64,000 nt of DNA from contig JAFABG010000006.1 of the NCBI GenBank assembly GCA_023426145.1, forward strand, positions 48,535 through 112,534, read 5' to 3'. This DNA comes from Bacteroidota bacterium. GTDB lineage: Bacteria; Bacteroidota; Bacteroidia; Bacteroidales; Bacteroidaceae. Both the position numbers and the translations under genes were made by a program. This document shows positions 21,376 through 32,602 of the stretch, piece by piece. Numbering within the stretch: position 1 is the stretch's first letter; every line of letters starts with the position of its first letter. The notes beneath the pieces were generated by a model. That model searched no databases. It was not told the origin of the DNA and saw nothing but the letters and a program-made list of their open reading frames with translations.

Positions 21376-24300
21376 TTAGAATTTAACAGAGAGGTTTAAT
21401 CCTATTGAACGAGTCGTTGGCAAAGAGTAAGCTTCCACTCCCTGTGCATTTCCTGCAGTTACAGCTGATTCTGGATCAATGTTGGGAACACTCTTGTAAA
21501 TAGTCCATAGATTTCTTCCTGTGAGTGTAATGGCAGCTTCTTGTAAATGTAGCTTTTTTGCGAACTGACGGGGGAGGCGGTAACTTACAGCAATTTCTCG
21601 TAGTTTTACGTATGAAGCATCATACACATTGGCCTCGGCAATACTGTAAATCCGGTGGTAGTATTTTTCTGCTGAAACGACAGTGTTGTTCTTCGAATTA
21701 TTGTCAGTTACTCCGTTTACTATAATACCATCTTGGTAAACACGAGTAGATTGTCCATTTACTTGTGCATAATAAAGTCCATCAGATGATGTTGAGTATG
21801 AAGGTGCCTCTTGTAACTGAATATTTTTACCTGCATTGTCTGTATAATACCATAATCCTCCATGGTCAGCATCACGTCCTTGCAACGTATTTGCTAATAC
21901 TCCGGTATATTTTCCCGTTTTGTTTGTGTTAGAAAATATACTTCCACCCACGCTAGCATCTACAAGAAAAGAAAGACTTATAGGTCCATAGCTAAATGTG
22001 TTGCTGATTCCTCCTGTCCAGTCTGGTGTAAATTTGCCTAATGTCTTATTGCTACTAGAAACTTTGGGCAAACCATTCGCATCAACTACTATACTTCCAT
22101 TTGCATCACGTTCATAAGCCGTTCCGAATAGTGTTCCATAAGACTCGCCTACTGAAGCTAGAATTTGTATACCGGATGAGTAAAGTTGATAACTTGTAAT
22201 CAATCCTTCATCGTCCAATTTAAGAACTTTGCTTCGGTTGGCCCCATAGTTTAGATCTACATTCCATTGAAATCCCTTAGTTGTTTGTATAGGAGTGGCA
22301 CCCAGCTGGATTTCATAACCGTGATTGCGGATATGCCCGGCATTATGAACTTGAGAAGTATATCCGCTAGATGCTGTAGTAGCTAATCTTAATATTTGAT
22401 TGTGGCTATCAGTTTTGTAGTATGTAAAATCTAGGTGAAGACGATTATTCAAAAATGCTGCTTCAAAACCAGCTTCTATGGATGATGTCTTTTCAGACTT
22501 TAGATTAGGATTCATCTTGATAGTAGAAGACGTTTGGCGCGGATTTTCCTTAAATACTGGTTCTAAATTGTAGACTGTTGCTAACTGATAAGGATCAGCA
22601 TCAGCACCAACTTGTGCCCAACCTCCACGTATTTTAAGGAAATTGAGTGCATCTATTTTCAAGCCTAACGCTTCAGATAGTAGTATGCTAGCTGTTACTG
22701 ATGGGTAGAAATAGGAGTTGTTGTTTGTAGGCAAAGTCGATGACCAATCATTACGACCTGTTACATTTAGGAAAGCCCAACGATGATAATCTAATTCTAT
22801 AGAACCGTAAAGGCCATATTGGCGTAGACGGGATAATTCATTAGATGAAGTGAGTAGATCGCGTGAGTTTGTTAGCGTATACAGGTCGGCAACTGCCAGA
22901 CGGGGAGCTGCTTGATAGTTGTTCTCATATTGTTTATTACGTACATTGAAGCCTACTAAGGTATTAATCCCCCAGTCTTTATTTAATTGTTTCACATAGG
23001 TTACTAATGCTTCAGTATTACTTTCTTTTATGTTGTAAGTATCTTCTGCGTAACTTCCGTATGGCATTCCCGCTCCTGAGCTACCCCATTTGACTTTCGC
23101 TTTACGTCGATCGTTATACCAGTCGGTACTCGTTCTGAACCTAACGTCCAGCCCCTTGGTTAGATGGAAAGTGGCATGTAAATCGCCAATCAAACGATGA
23201 CGTTCCTGACTTTGAGTATTGTAATTGGCACTCCAAAATGGATTGTCATAGTAACTTGAATTCCAATTGCGCGTGTAGTCAGCTTTTAATGAATTAGTGT
23301 CTACTTGACGTCCAAACCATAAGAATTGGAGCATGGGACTGCTTGAGCGTGTATTACTTCCTGAAGGGGTAGCCGATCCGGGTAGACTTGGAGCGGTGTA
23401 AACGATATAATTTGCTGTTGCTCCAACAGAGAGCCATTTTGTTAGTTTATAATCAGTGTTTAAACTGATATTTGTTTTGTTGGTTCCAGCTGCGGGAACA
23501 ATGCTAACTTGCTTCTCGTAGTTGTATCCCAAGCGGAATTGATATTTTTCGTCTCCTCGCGATATAGAAATTCCGTTGTTGGTCGATATTCCTGTGCGGA
23601 AATAGTCACGAACATTATTGGGATGAGATATCCAAGGAGTTGCCACCCGATTTCCGTTGGCGTCAATGGGACTATCGAACTGTGGAATTGATAATCCACT
23701 GTCTAGTCTTGGTCCCCAACTTTCATCTACCCCGTCGTTCACTCCGGCACCTCTACCATTTACATAGCTGAATCGTCCGCCAGCTCCTTGTCCAAAAATA
23801 TTCTGGAACTCTGGAAGCGTAGCAGCAAAAGAGATTTGCGTGGAAGAGTTTAGAGTAATACCAATTCCTTGTTGTGTTCTATTTCCTCCTTTAGTAGTAA
23901 TAACGATGGCACCATGGGCCGCTCTGGCTCCATATAAAGCTGCAGCATTAGGGCCTTTTAATACAGTGAGTGTTTCGATATCTTGTGGATTCAAGTCGGC
24001 AATAGCATTTTTAAAGTCACGTCCACTAGAGCGAGCATTCAATTGTGAATTGTCTACAGGTATACCATCAACTATAAAAAGTGGTTGATTCTCACCTGCT
24101 ATGGAGGTTTCCCCACGTATAATTATACGACTTGAACCGACGTCACCTTGTGTGCTGGTGATGCGTACTCCTGCAATTTTACCACTCAATGAGTTGAGTA
24201 AATTATTATCTTTTCCTTGAACCAAAGCGTCCTGTTTAATTTCTTGAGCGGTATATCCTAATGCTTTTTTCTCTCGTGAAATACCTAAAGCGGTTACAAC

Positions 24301-24615
24301 GACTTCATCAAGTAGGCGCGTGTCACTTTTCAGTGAAATCGAAAGCTGTGGCGCAATTGCTACTTCTTTCGTGATGAGCCCAATGTATGATATAATTAGT
24401 TGTGTTGCCGTTGGTGGGAGCTCTCGAAGCTCAAATTTTCCATCGACATTTGTTATTGTTCCCAATGTTGTTCCTTTTACTTTAACAGAGGCACCTATCA
24501 CTGGCTCCCCATCTCCTTCAGTATGGACAGTACCTTGTACTGTTCTCACCTGTGCTGTCCCTTGAATAATGCTTATTGCAATCCCCAACAAAAACAAACT
24601 AATCTTTTTACCCAT
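21376..24615 (-). CDS. SusC/RagA TonB-dependent transporter
   Basis: LDEVVVTALG, PLFIVDG and VLKGPNAAALYGARAAHG; C-terminal F. Confidence 0.95.
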   Translation of the reverse strand: MGKKISLFLLGIAISIIQGTAQVRTVQGTVHTEGDGEPVIGASVKVKGTTLGTITNVDGKFELRELPPTATQLIISYIGLITKEVAIAPQLSISLKSDTRLLDEVVVTALGISREKKALGYTAQEIKQDALVQGKDNNLLNSLSGKIAGVRITSTQGDVGSSRIIIRGETSIAGENQPLFIVDGIPVDNSQLNARSSGRDFKNAIADLNPQDIETLTVLKGPNAAALYGARAAHGAIVITTKGGNRTQQGIGITLNSSTQISFAATLPEFQNIFGQGAGGRFSYVNGRGAGVNDGVDESWGPRLDSGLSIPQFDSPIDANGNRVATPWISHPNNVRDYFRTGISTNNGISISRGDEKYQFRLGYNYEKQVSIVPAAGTNKTNISLNTDYKLTKWLSVGATANYIVYTAPSLPGSATPSGSNTRSSSPMLQFLWFGRQVDTNSLKADYTRNWNSSYYDNPFWSANYNTQSQERHRLIGDLHATFHLTKGLDVRFRTSTDWYNDRRKAKVKWGSSGAGMPYGSYAEDTYNIKESNTEALVTYVKQLNKDWGINTLVGFNVRNKQYENNYQAAPRLAVADLYTLTNSRDLLTSSNELSRLRQYGLYGSIELDYHRWAFLNVTGRNDWSSTLPTNNNSYFYPSVTASILLSEALGLKIDALNFLKIRGGWAQVGADADPYQLATVYNLEPVFKENPRQTSSTIKMNPNLKSEKTSSIEAGFEAAFLNNRLHLDFTYYKTDSHNQILRLATTASSGYTSQVHNAGHIRNHGYEIQLGATPIQTTKGFQWNVDLNYGANRSKVLKLDDEGLITSYQLYSSGIQILASVGESYGTLFGTAYERDANGSIVVDANGLPKVSSSNKTLGKFTPDWTGGISNTFSYGPISLSFLVDASVGGSIFSNTNKTGKYTGVLANTLQGRDADHGGLWYYTDNAGKNIQLQEAPSYSTSSDGLYYAQVNGQSTRVYQDGIIVNGVTDNNSKNNTVVSAEKYYHRIYSIAEANVYDASYVKLREIAVSYRLPRQFAKKLHLQEAAITLTGRNLWTIYKSVPNIDPESAVTAGNAQGVEAYSLPTTRSIGLNLSVKF

Positions 24616-24640
24616 TATGCTAAACTTTTAAATGATGGGG

Positions 24641-24710
24641 CAAAGGTATGTGATCTGTGAAAAAAGTAAAATCCCATATAAAAGGCATTTACATACCACA
24701 TTTGAGGTAT
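24641..24710 (-). promoter_or_regulatory. susC promoter (-7 box 24641-24648) with two tandem 18-bp boxes (24671-24688, 24693-24710)
   Basis: CAAAGGTA, 22 nt, then ATCCCATATAAAAGGCAT; second box ATACCACATTTGAGGTAT. Confidence 0.75.
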
Positions 24711-24913
24711 ATAAGTAGTTTTTTTACATTGATTAACATTTTTATTTCTTTTCCGTGAAGCATCCGTTAAGCTTTTATTGCGCCGATAGATGGTTTATAT
24801 ATTGCGCGTACATTTGCACCGAAATACACAAAATGCCAATAATTAACACAGCTTTTTAGTAATAAGATCGGGGAAATCTTTTAAAAAGTAGTTGTAAAAT
24901 CTAAAAAGAAAAA

Positions 24914-26005
24914 ATGAAATCAAAAAAATGTTTGTTTAGCGGGCTATTATTAGTTACCTGCTTGATTACAACACAGGCACAACGCCGTAATGAAATTGTA
25001 GTACCCAATTTAGATGGGTATGTCACAATGAAATGTGATTTTCACATGCATACTGTCTTCTCTGATGGGTTAGTATGGCCCACTGTCCGTGTAGAAGAGG
25101 CATATAGAGAGGGACTAGATGCAATCTCTCTGACTGAACATATTGAATATCTGCCTCATAAACAGGATATAGTGGGAGATCATAACCGTTCATATGAGCT
25201 TACTCAAAAATATGCTAAGAATTTGGGGATACTTTTGATTAAAGGTAGTGAGATAACTCGGAATATGCCTCCAGGACATTTTAATGCAATTTACCTTACT
25301 GATTCAAATCCATTAGAACAAAAAGAATATAAAAATGCATTTGCTGAGGCAAAGAAGCAGGGAGCATTTATATTTTGGAATCATCCGGGATGGGCAAGGC
25401 AACAACCTGATTCTACTAAATGGTGGCCAGAGCATACTCAACTCTACAAAGAGGGTTACATGCAGGGTATAGAAGTCGCTAATGGCTCACTATTCGTACC
25501 CGAAGCTATACAATGGTGTCTTGACCGAAATCTGACTATGCTTGGAACCTCAGATATTCATCAACCCATTCAGGCTGATTATGATTTCTCGAAAGGTGAA
25601 CATCGGACAATGACATTTGTCTTTGCTAAAGAACGGTCATTGAAAGGGATTCGTGAAGCTTTAGATAATCGTCGTACTGCAGCTTATTATCAAGATATGG
25701 TGATTGGTAGAGAGGAAATTCTTCGTCCCTTTTTTGAGAAATGTATTGAAATAAAAGAGGTTAGACGTTCTTCGAAAGGAGTAACACTTTCATTTTATAA
25801 TCCTACTGATTTAGTGTTGAAACTAAAGAAAACTGCACATGATGTTTCTTTGGTATATTTTCGTGAGATGGTCATAAAACCTCATACACTATATAATATA
25901 GTGATTAAATTAGAAAATGGTATTCAGGGGGGAAGCTGTAATTTTGAAGTGACTAACTTTATTGTTGCACCTAATAAAGGATTAAATTATACTCTCAATC
26001 TTTAA
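24914..26005 (+). CDS. Secreted PHP-family phosphoesterase
   Basis: Signal peptide plus metal-binding motifs DFHMHTVFSDG, TEH, GHFN, NHP and SDIH. Confidence 0.85.
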   Translation: MKSKKCLFSGLLLVTCLITTQAQRRNEIVVPNLDGYVTMKCDFHMHTVFSDGLVWPTVRVEEAYREGLDAISLTEHIEYLPHKQDIVGDHNRSYELTQKYAKNLGILLIKGSEITRNMPPGHFNAIYLTDSNPLEQKEYKNAFAEAKKQGAFIFWNHPGWARQQPDSTKWWPEHTQLYKEGYMQGIEVANGSLFVPEAIQWCLDRNLTMLGTSDIHQPIQADYDFSKGEHRTMTFVFAKERSLKGIREALDNRRTAAYYQDMVIGREEILRPFFEKCIEIKEVRRSSKGVTLSFYNPTDLVLKLKKTAHDVSLVYFREMVIKPHTLYNIVIKLENGIQGGSCNFEVTNFIVAPNKGLNYTLNL

Positions 26006-26058
26006 AATCTATCTCATTTGTAGTTAATGAACACTGTTTAATTTTAAATTGAAAAAAT

Positions 26059-27390
26059 ATGAATCGTTACTTATTTTCTATTTCTATTTTGGTAACCTTA
26101 TTGTGTTGCCAGAGTTGTGAGAATAGCTTCGAACATGCTGACATAGTGCATGATCCCGATCGGCCGATTATTTTGACTAGTTTTTATCCTAAAGAGGGAG
26201 GTGCACGGGATAAAATACTTCTTGATGGGAGTAATTTTGGTAGTGATGTCACTAAAATAAAAGTCTATTTTAACAAAGCAAAAGCCTCCGTTGTTTCATC
26301 AAGTGGAGATCATATTTATGCTATCGTGCCTCGTCTTCCAGGTGATAATCCACGTATATCTATAGTGGTTGGCAATGATTCGGTGGTTTATGACGACGTT
26401 TATACCTACCATATTCAAGCTCAGGTCAGCACAGTGACTGGAAACGGTGAGAAAAGTTTCCTTTCTGGCACGCTTTCTTCGGCTCAGGTTTATGGTAAGT
26501 ACTTAGAATTAGATGCTGAAGGTAATATATTCATGTCTTGGAGAGATGGAGGGTCCTTTGGTATTGCTCGCATTAATGAGCAACAGAACATTGTTACTCC
26601 GTTGATTGAAGCTAAAACTGCTGATGAACGAATTTTGTTTGCTAATGGTTTAACTGTAGATAGAGCAACAGGGATGTTGACAGCTGCCCATGAATCAGTG
26701 AAAGAAGTAATGTTCACTTTTGATCCTCGTGAAGGTTGGTATCCTCGTCAGCGTAACATGAAATATTCTACAGCCGATTTAAATTCGATAGTTGATGCTG
26801 ATCGATATAATAATTTTATTACTTTTTGTCCTTATGACGGATATCTATATACTAGATACCGCGATGGAAAGATCGCTAAAATTAACCCTGAAACTTTAGA
26901 AGCTACAGTGATTTATCAGGGGCCTTATGGATCACAATACGGTCAGGCTATTAATCCTGTAAAGCCATGGCTATTGTATATCACACTTCATTCTAATGCG
27001 AATCCCACAGAATTTAAACAAGGAATCTCAGTGCTTGATTTACGAGATCCTGTTGGCACGGGCGGCTTTAAACGACTCAATGCTCCCGGTGGCAGTGGTT
27101 TTCGAGATGGTCCTCTTGAAGATGCTCTTTTTAATTATCCTAAAGATATTAAGTTTGACAATAATGGGAATATGTTTGTTGCCGATTATGGAAATAATTG
27201 CATTCGTATGGTTTCTGCAGATAATATAGTAACAACAGTGGCTGGTCAGCCAGGGATTCCTGGATATAAAGATGGTGGTCCAGTAGAATCATTGTTCAAT
27301 CAGCCTTGGGGAGTAGCTGTTAATGAACAAGGTGACATCTATATTGCGGATTGGAATAATGCGCGTATTCGCAAATTAGTTATTGAATAA
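26059..27390 (+). CDS. IPT/TIG + NHL beta-propeller lipoprotein
   Basis: Lipobox QSC, an IPT pattern (GSNFG) and NHL repeats (FNYPKDI...VADYGNNCIR; FNQPWGV...IADWNNARIR). Confidence 0.85.
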   Translation: MNRYLFSISILVTLLCCQSCENSFEHADIVHDPDRPIILTSFYPKEGGARDKILLDGSNFGSDVTKIKVYFNKAKASVVSSSGDHIYAIVPRLPGDNPRISIVVGNDSVVYDDVYTYHIQAQVSTVTGNGEKSFLSGTLSSAQVYGKYLELDAEGNIFMSWRDGGSFGIARINEQQNIVTPLIEAKTADERILFANGLTVDRATGMLTAAHESVKEVMFTFDPREGWYPRQRNMKYSTADLNSIVDADRYNNFITFCPYDGYLYTRYRDGKIAKINPETLEATVIYQGPYGSQYGQAINPVKPWLLYITLHSNANPTEFKQGISVLDLRDPVGTGGFKRLNAPGGSGFRDGPLEDALFNYPKDIKFDNNGNMFVADYGNNCIRMVSADNIVTTVAGQPGIPGYKDGGPVESLFNQPWGVAVNEQGDIYIADWNNARIRKLVIE

Positions 27391-27404
27391 TAAAGTTATA
27401 GATA

Positions 27405-30400
27405 ATGAAAATCATTCAGATAATATGTGTCATGTCGTTTTACGTCTTGTTCACAACGACAGTCTTTGCACAGCAAGTTAAGGAATTTACAATTTCGGGT
27501 ACAGTTCTTGATAAGAATAAAGAATCAATACCGGGGGTCTCTATATACATCAAAGATAAACCTTCAAAAGGGACATCATCTGACAATGATGGAAATTTTA
27601 GCCTAAAAGTCAGTTATGGTGATAAAGTTGTGTTTACTTTCATGGGGTATGATCCTGCTGAATATGTTGCTATTGAACCATCAAAAGGATTAACTATAAC
27701 GCTTTTGGAATCAAGTAAGTCGCTCGATGAAGTTGTTGTAGTGGGATTAGGAAATGTACAACGAAAAATAAGCTCAGTAGGTGCTATAACCACAATTAAC
27801 GCGAAAGATCTGCAGTCTCCGGCACCATCGATTACTAATCTTTTGGGTGGTAGAGCAGCTGGAGTAATATCTTTGCAAAGCAGTGGTGAGCCAGGACAGA
27901 ATATAGCCGACTTCTGGGTTAGAGGTATTGGGACTTTTGGTGCTAATAGCAGTGCTTTAGTTCTGATAGATGGTTTAGAAGGGGATCTTAATACGATTGA
28001 TCCAGCAGATGTTGAAAGCTTTTCGATCTTGAAAGATGCCTCAGCCACGGCTGTATATGGAGTAAGAGGAGCAAATGGGGTCGTACTTGTTAATACCAAA
28101 AAAGGACTTGCTGGGAAAATTCAAATTACGGGACGCTTTAATACTACTTTATCAGTGCTAAACCACTTACCGAAGTATTTAGGAGCATACGATTATGCCG
28201 TTTTAGCTAATGAGGCTCGAGAGGTGCGCGGTGATACTCCATTGTATAATGAAACTGAGATGGGAATTATACGTAATGGATTAGATCATGATATGTATCC
28301 AGATGTAGATTGGCAAAAAGAAATATTAAATAAAAGCTTCTGGCGGCACACTTATTATGTTAGCGGCAGGGGAGGAAGTGATGTTGCTCGTTATTTTTTG
28401 AGTTTAGGAGGAAAACATGAAAGTGCTGCATATAAAGTAGACAAGAATAGTATTTATAGTTCTAATGTTAGTTATAACACCTATAACTATCGTATCAACC
28501 TTGATGTTAACCTCACCAATACTACAAAAGTGTATTTGGGATCAGATGGCTTTTTGTCTCAGTTAAAGCAGCCTGGAGTAGCTAATACTGAATATATATG
28601 GGGGGCACAGTCCCGTTTAACTCCTTTAACTATTCCTACACAATATTCTAATGGCTTGTTGCCGGGTAGAGGAAGTGGTGACTTGGCCTCACCTTATGTG
28701 ATGATTAATCACACGGGGAGAGCGGCAGATGAAGTTTATAAAGGAAAAACTACATTAGCACTTAATCAAGACTTATCCAAGATGTTGAGTGGTTTAAAAT
28801 TCCGCGTTCAAGGAGCTTATGATATCCATAGTTATTTTAGTGAAAGAAGAACAGTACAGCCGCCTCTTTACACCGCTCTAGGAAGAGCTTACGATGGTTC
28901 ACTAATAATGCAGGAAACTGTACAAGAAAAAAAAGCATCCTATAGTAAATCAACTCGGCAGTATCGTAAATATCACTTTGAAGCGGTGCTCAATTATGAT
29001 CATCTTTTTGGTCATGACCATCGTACCTCTGCATTAGTCTATTATTACCTCAGCGATGAAAAGGATACGGATGATGCAACGAGTAACCTTTCGGCTATTC
29101 CTTTACGTTATCAAGGAGTATCTAGTAGATTGACTTATGGCTTTCGCGACACCTACTTGCTCGATGTTAACTTCGGATATACTGGTTCCGAGAACTTTCA
29201 GCCAGGCAGACAATATGGTTTTTTCCCCTCAATAGCGTTGGGGTGGGTGCCGACAGGATATAAATTTGTAGAAGAGGCATTTCCATGGCTTAATTATTTG
29301 AAAATAAGAGCTTCATACGGATCTGTTGGTAACGATAGAATCACTGATATCCGATTTCCTTATTTGACTAAGGTGAATGAAGGGAAAGGTGACGTGTGGG
29401 GAGTTCCTAATTTAGAAACGATTAGCGAAACCAGAATTGGAGCGGATAATTTGGCTTGGGAAAGGGCTATAAAGACTAACATCGGAATTGAAGGAAAGTT
29501 GTTTAACAATAAAGTTGATTTTGTCTTGGATCTTTTTCAAGATCAACGCAACGGTATTTTTCAGCAACGTGTGCAGGTACCTGAATACGTAGGAGTTGTT
29601 TCGAACCCTTTTGCTAATGTCGGAAAGATGAAAAGTTCTGGAGCCGATGGAAATATAAGCTTTAATCAACAGATAACTTCAGATTTAGATTTTACTATCA
29701 GAGGTAATTTCACTTATTCTAAAAATGTAGTGCAAAACTGGGAACAAGCTTATCTTGAGTATCCTTATCTTGAGTATAATAATTATCCTTATAATTCGAT
29801 TCGTGGTTATCAAGCTATCGGCTTGTTTAAGGATGAAGAGGATATAAAATATAGCCCGAAACAAACTTTTGGAGAAGTGATGCCTGGGGATATAAAATAT
29901 AAGGATGTAAATGGTGACGGAATGGTTGATAAACTAGATATGGTTCCTTTAGCACACAGTACCTATCCTTTATTAATGTATGGTATCGGTGCAGAAGTTC
30001 GATACAAGAATCTTACGGTTGGTGTATTATTTAAAGGAACCGGAAAAACTTCTTTCTTTTATGTCGGACAGCGAACGACCGTAAATGATGAAACTCGTTT
30101 GAACGGGATGGGATACATGCCTTTTTTTGAAGGCAATTTAGGTAATGTACTCACTCTTGCAGCAGATCCTGCGAATCGTTGGATTCCTAAAGAGTATGCA
30201 GCAGAACATGGCATTGATCCGGCTTTGGCAGAGAATCCCAATGCACGTTTTCCACGTTTACAATATGGAAATAACAGTAATAACAGTCAGTTATCTACTT
30301 TCTGGCAAGGAGATTCTCGATACTTGCGTCTCGAAGAGATCACTTTGAACTATCATGTTGCTCTTGCCTGTCTACGCCGAGTTGGAATCTCTTCATTAGA

Positions 30401-30533
30401 TATTCAATTTGTAGGAAATAATTTATTTGTGTGGGATACCGTGAAGATTTTCGATCCCGAACAAGCAAGATGGAATGGTCGTAAATATCCTATTCCTTCC
30501 ACTTACTCGTTGCAGTTATATGTCAACTTCTAA
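27405..30533 (+). CDS. SusC-like TonB-dependent transporter
   Basis: SLDEVVVVG, ILKDASATAVYGVRGANGV and PGDIKYKD; C-terminal F. Confidence 0.95.
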   Translation: MKIIQIICVMSFYVLFTTTVFAQQVKEFTISGTVLDKNKESIPGVSIYIKDKPSKGTSSDNDGNFSLKVSYGDKVVFTFMGYDPAEYVAIEPSKGLTITLLESSKSLDEVVVVGLGNVQRKISSVGAITTINAKDLQSPAPSITNLLGGRAAGVISLQSSGEPGQNIADFWVRGIGTFGANSSALVLIDGLEGDLNTIDPADVESFSILKDASATAVYGVRGANGVVLVNTKKGLAGKIQITGRFNTTLSVLNHLPKYLGAYDYAVLANEAREVRGDTPLYNETEMGIIRNGLDHDMYPDVDWQKEILNKSFWRHTYYVSGRGGSDVARYFLSLGGKHESAAYKVDKNSIYSSNVSYNTYNYRINLDVNLTNTTKVYLGSDGFLSQLKQPGVANTEYIWGAQSRLTPLTIPTQYSNGLLPGRGSGDLASPYVMINHTGRAADEVYKGKTTLALNQDLSKMLSGLKFRVQGAYDIHSYFSERRTVQPPLYTALGRAYDGSLIMQETVQEKKASYSKSTRQYRKYHFEAVLNYDHLFGHDHRTSALVYYYLSDEKDTDDATSNLSAIPLRYQGVSSRLTYGFRDTYLLDVNFGYTGSENFQPGRQYGFFPSIALGWVPTGYKFVEEAFPWLNYLKIRASYGSVGNDRITDIRFPYLTKVNEGKGDVWGVPNLETISETRIGADNLAWERAIKTNIGIEGKLFNNKVDFVLDLFQDQRNGIFQQRVQVPEYVGVVSNPFANVGKMKSSGADGNISFNQQITSDLDFTIRGNFTYSKNVVQNWEQAYLEYPYLEYNNYPYNSIRGYQAIGLFKDEEDIKYSPKQTFGEVMPGDIKYKDVNGDGMVDKLDMVPLAHSTYPLLMYGIGAEVRYKNLTVGVLFKGTGKTSFFYVGQRTTVNDETRLNGMGYMPFFEGNLGNVLTLAADPANRWIPKEYAAEHGIDPALAENPNARFPRLQYGNNSNNSQLSTFWQGDSRYLRLEEITLNYHVALACLRRVGISSLDIQFVGNNLFVWDTVKIFDPEQARWNGRKYPIPSTYSLQLYVNF

Positions 30534-30552
30534 TTTTTTATAATCCGATAGA

Positions 30553-32580
30553 ATGAAAAAGTCAATTACAATGAAAGTAACAAAAGTGGCTTTACTTAGT
30601 CCTATACTAGTTCTAGTAATGTCCTGTAGTAATTTTTTAAATATAGATAATTACTTTGATGATGAATTTAATATTGATTCAGTATTTACCAATGCTAGAT
30701 ATATGGAAGCCTATATGTGGGGAGCAGCAGCTATGTTTCCAGATGAGGCTCAGACGATAAGATATGGTTTCACTCCTGGTCCTATGGCTACTGATGAGGC
30801 TTTTAATGGGCTAACAGGTGCTGGATCAGCAAATGTTTATTATGGAATGGATTTTGCTACAGGGCGTATTTCTCCTGACTTTTTCGGTGATGGTAGCCCT
30901 AATCTTAATCAGTGGAGCAACTATTATAAAATCATTCGTAAATGTAATAGTATCCTTCAAAATTTAGATCGACCGAAAGATCTAACAAACACTGATCGAC
31001 TTCGTATTGAAGGATATACGCGTTTTATTCGTGCTTATGCTTACTACAATGTATTAGTTGATTTTGGGCCTCCTATTCTTCTTGGTGACGAAGTGGTAAA
31101 CACTAATGAACCTATTGAATACTATGATCGTCCTAGAGCGACTTATGATGAAGCAATGGATTATACTTGTGAGGAATTTGAAAAGGCAGCGCGTTTGTTG
31201 CCATCACCTGATGAAGTGTCTGCTTTAGATTTTGGACGCCCTACTAAAGGAGCCGCTTTCGCTTTGATTGCTCGTTTGAGGCTTATACATGCAAGCCCAT
31301 TATTTAATGGTGGACCTGTTGCAAGTTCTTATTTTGGAAATTGGAAACGTTCAACAGATCATGTGAACTATGTTTCTCAGCAATATGATGAAAGTCGCTG
31401 GGTAGTAGCGGCTGCTGCTGCAAAACGCGTAATGGACATGGGGAAATATAAATTATATACTGTGTTGAAAGACGATAAGACGCCTGAACTTCCTAAAGGA
31501 GTTACTTCTGATCCTAATTTTTATGAAAACTATCCGAACGGAGCTGCAGGCATAGACCCCTTTAAATCTTATTCGGATATTTTCACGGGTGAAGCTGTAG
31601 CCGCAATTAATCCGGAGCTAATATGGGGAAGGAATACGAGCTACATTAATGAGTACATTAGTAAAGGGGCTTTCCCACCATCTCTTGGAGGATGGGGGCG
31701 TTTTTGTGTGACGCAGAAAGTGGTAGATGCTTATTTGATGGATGATGGGCGAACGAAGGAGGAAGCCTTTGCTGATGGTTATTATTCCGAGATAGGTTTT
31801 ACCTCAGAACCTCGTTTTTTCTCTGGGTACCCTCTTAACTCAGGAGTGTATAATATGTATGCTCACCGTGAGATGCGATTCTATGCTTCAATTGGCTTCA
31901 ATGAGGCCGTTTGGCAAGCTCTTTCGAGTACAACACTTAATAATCATACTGCTAAATACTATTATCAAGATGCAGATGGACGTGGTGGGGTAACAGCTAG
32001 TTCTCCGAACTATCCAATTACAGGTTATGTGATTAAGAAGTTTAATCATCCCATGGATGCGTGGACAGGTACGGGAGCTCGTCATATTCAGAAAGCTTAT
32101 TGTATAATAAGGTATGCAGAGATTTTATTGTCCTATGCCGAGGCACTTAATAACTTAACTACGACTCATACAGTAACTCTTGGGGGGCAGCAATATACAC
32201 TCAATAGAGACAGGGAAGAAATTAAAAAAGCATTTGACCTCGTTAGATACAGAGCTGGCTTGCCAGGACTTACAGGTACTCAACTTAATGATCCGGAAGA
32301 TGTTCAAAAACAAATTGAACGCGAACGGATGGTTGAATTTCTGTGGGAAAATAGACGATTCTATGATGTACGTCGCTGGGGGATTTATGAACAAACTGAA
32401 CAAGAACCTATTCGAGGAATGAATCCTGACGGGGCAACGAAGGAAACGTATTATCAACGTGTAATACCAAGTACTTCTTCCTTCCTTACGCGGGTTGTCA
32501 ATAAAAAATCGATCTGGTTGCCCATTCCACGTGCTGAAATGAGAAGGTTGCCATCGATGGATCAAAATCCAGGCTATTAA
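30553..32580 (+). CDS. SusD-like lipoprotein
   Basis: Lipobox VMSC, RYAEILLSYAEA, ERMVEF..E..RFYDVRRW and QNPGY. Confidence 0.92.
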   Translation: MKKSITMKVTKVALLSPILVLVMSCSNFLNIDNYFDDEFNIDSVFTNARYMEAYMWGAAAMFPDEAQTIRYGFTPGPMATDEAFNGLTGAGSANVYYGMDFATGRISPDFFGDGSPNLNQWSNYYKIIRKCNSILQNLDRPKDLTNTDRLRIEGYTRFIRAYAYYNVLVDFGPPILLGDEVVNTNEPIEYYDRPRATYDEAMDYTCEEFEKAARLLPSPDEVSALDFGRPTKGAAFALIARLRLIHASPLFNGGPVASSYFGNWKRSTDHVNYVSQQYDESRWVVAAAAAKRVMDMGKYKLYTVLKDDKTPELPKGVTSDPNFYENYPNGAAGIDPFKSYSDIFTGEAVAAINPELIWGRNTSYINEYISKGAFPPSLGGWGRFCVTQKVVDAYLMDDGRTKEEAFADGYYSEIGFTSEPRFFSGYPLNSGVYNMYAHREMRFYASIGFNEAVWQALSSTTLNNHTAKYYYQDADGRGGVTASSPNYPITGYVIKKFNHPMDAWTGTGARHIQKAYCIIRYAEILLSYAEALNNLTTTHTVTLGGQQYTLNRDREEIKKAFDLVRYRAGLPGLTGTQLNDPEDVQKQIERERMVEFLWENRRFYDVRRWGIYEQTEQEPIRGMNPDGATKETYYQRVIPSTSSFLTRVVNKKSIWLPIPRAEMRRLPSMDQNPGY

Positions 32581-32602
32581 TCAACTTGATATAAATGATA
32601 AA

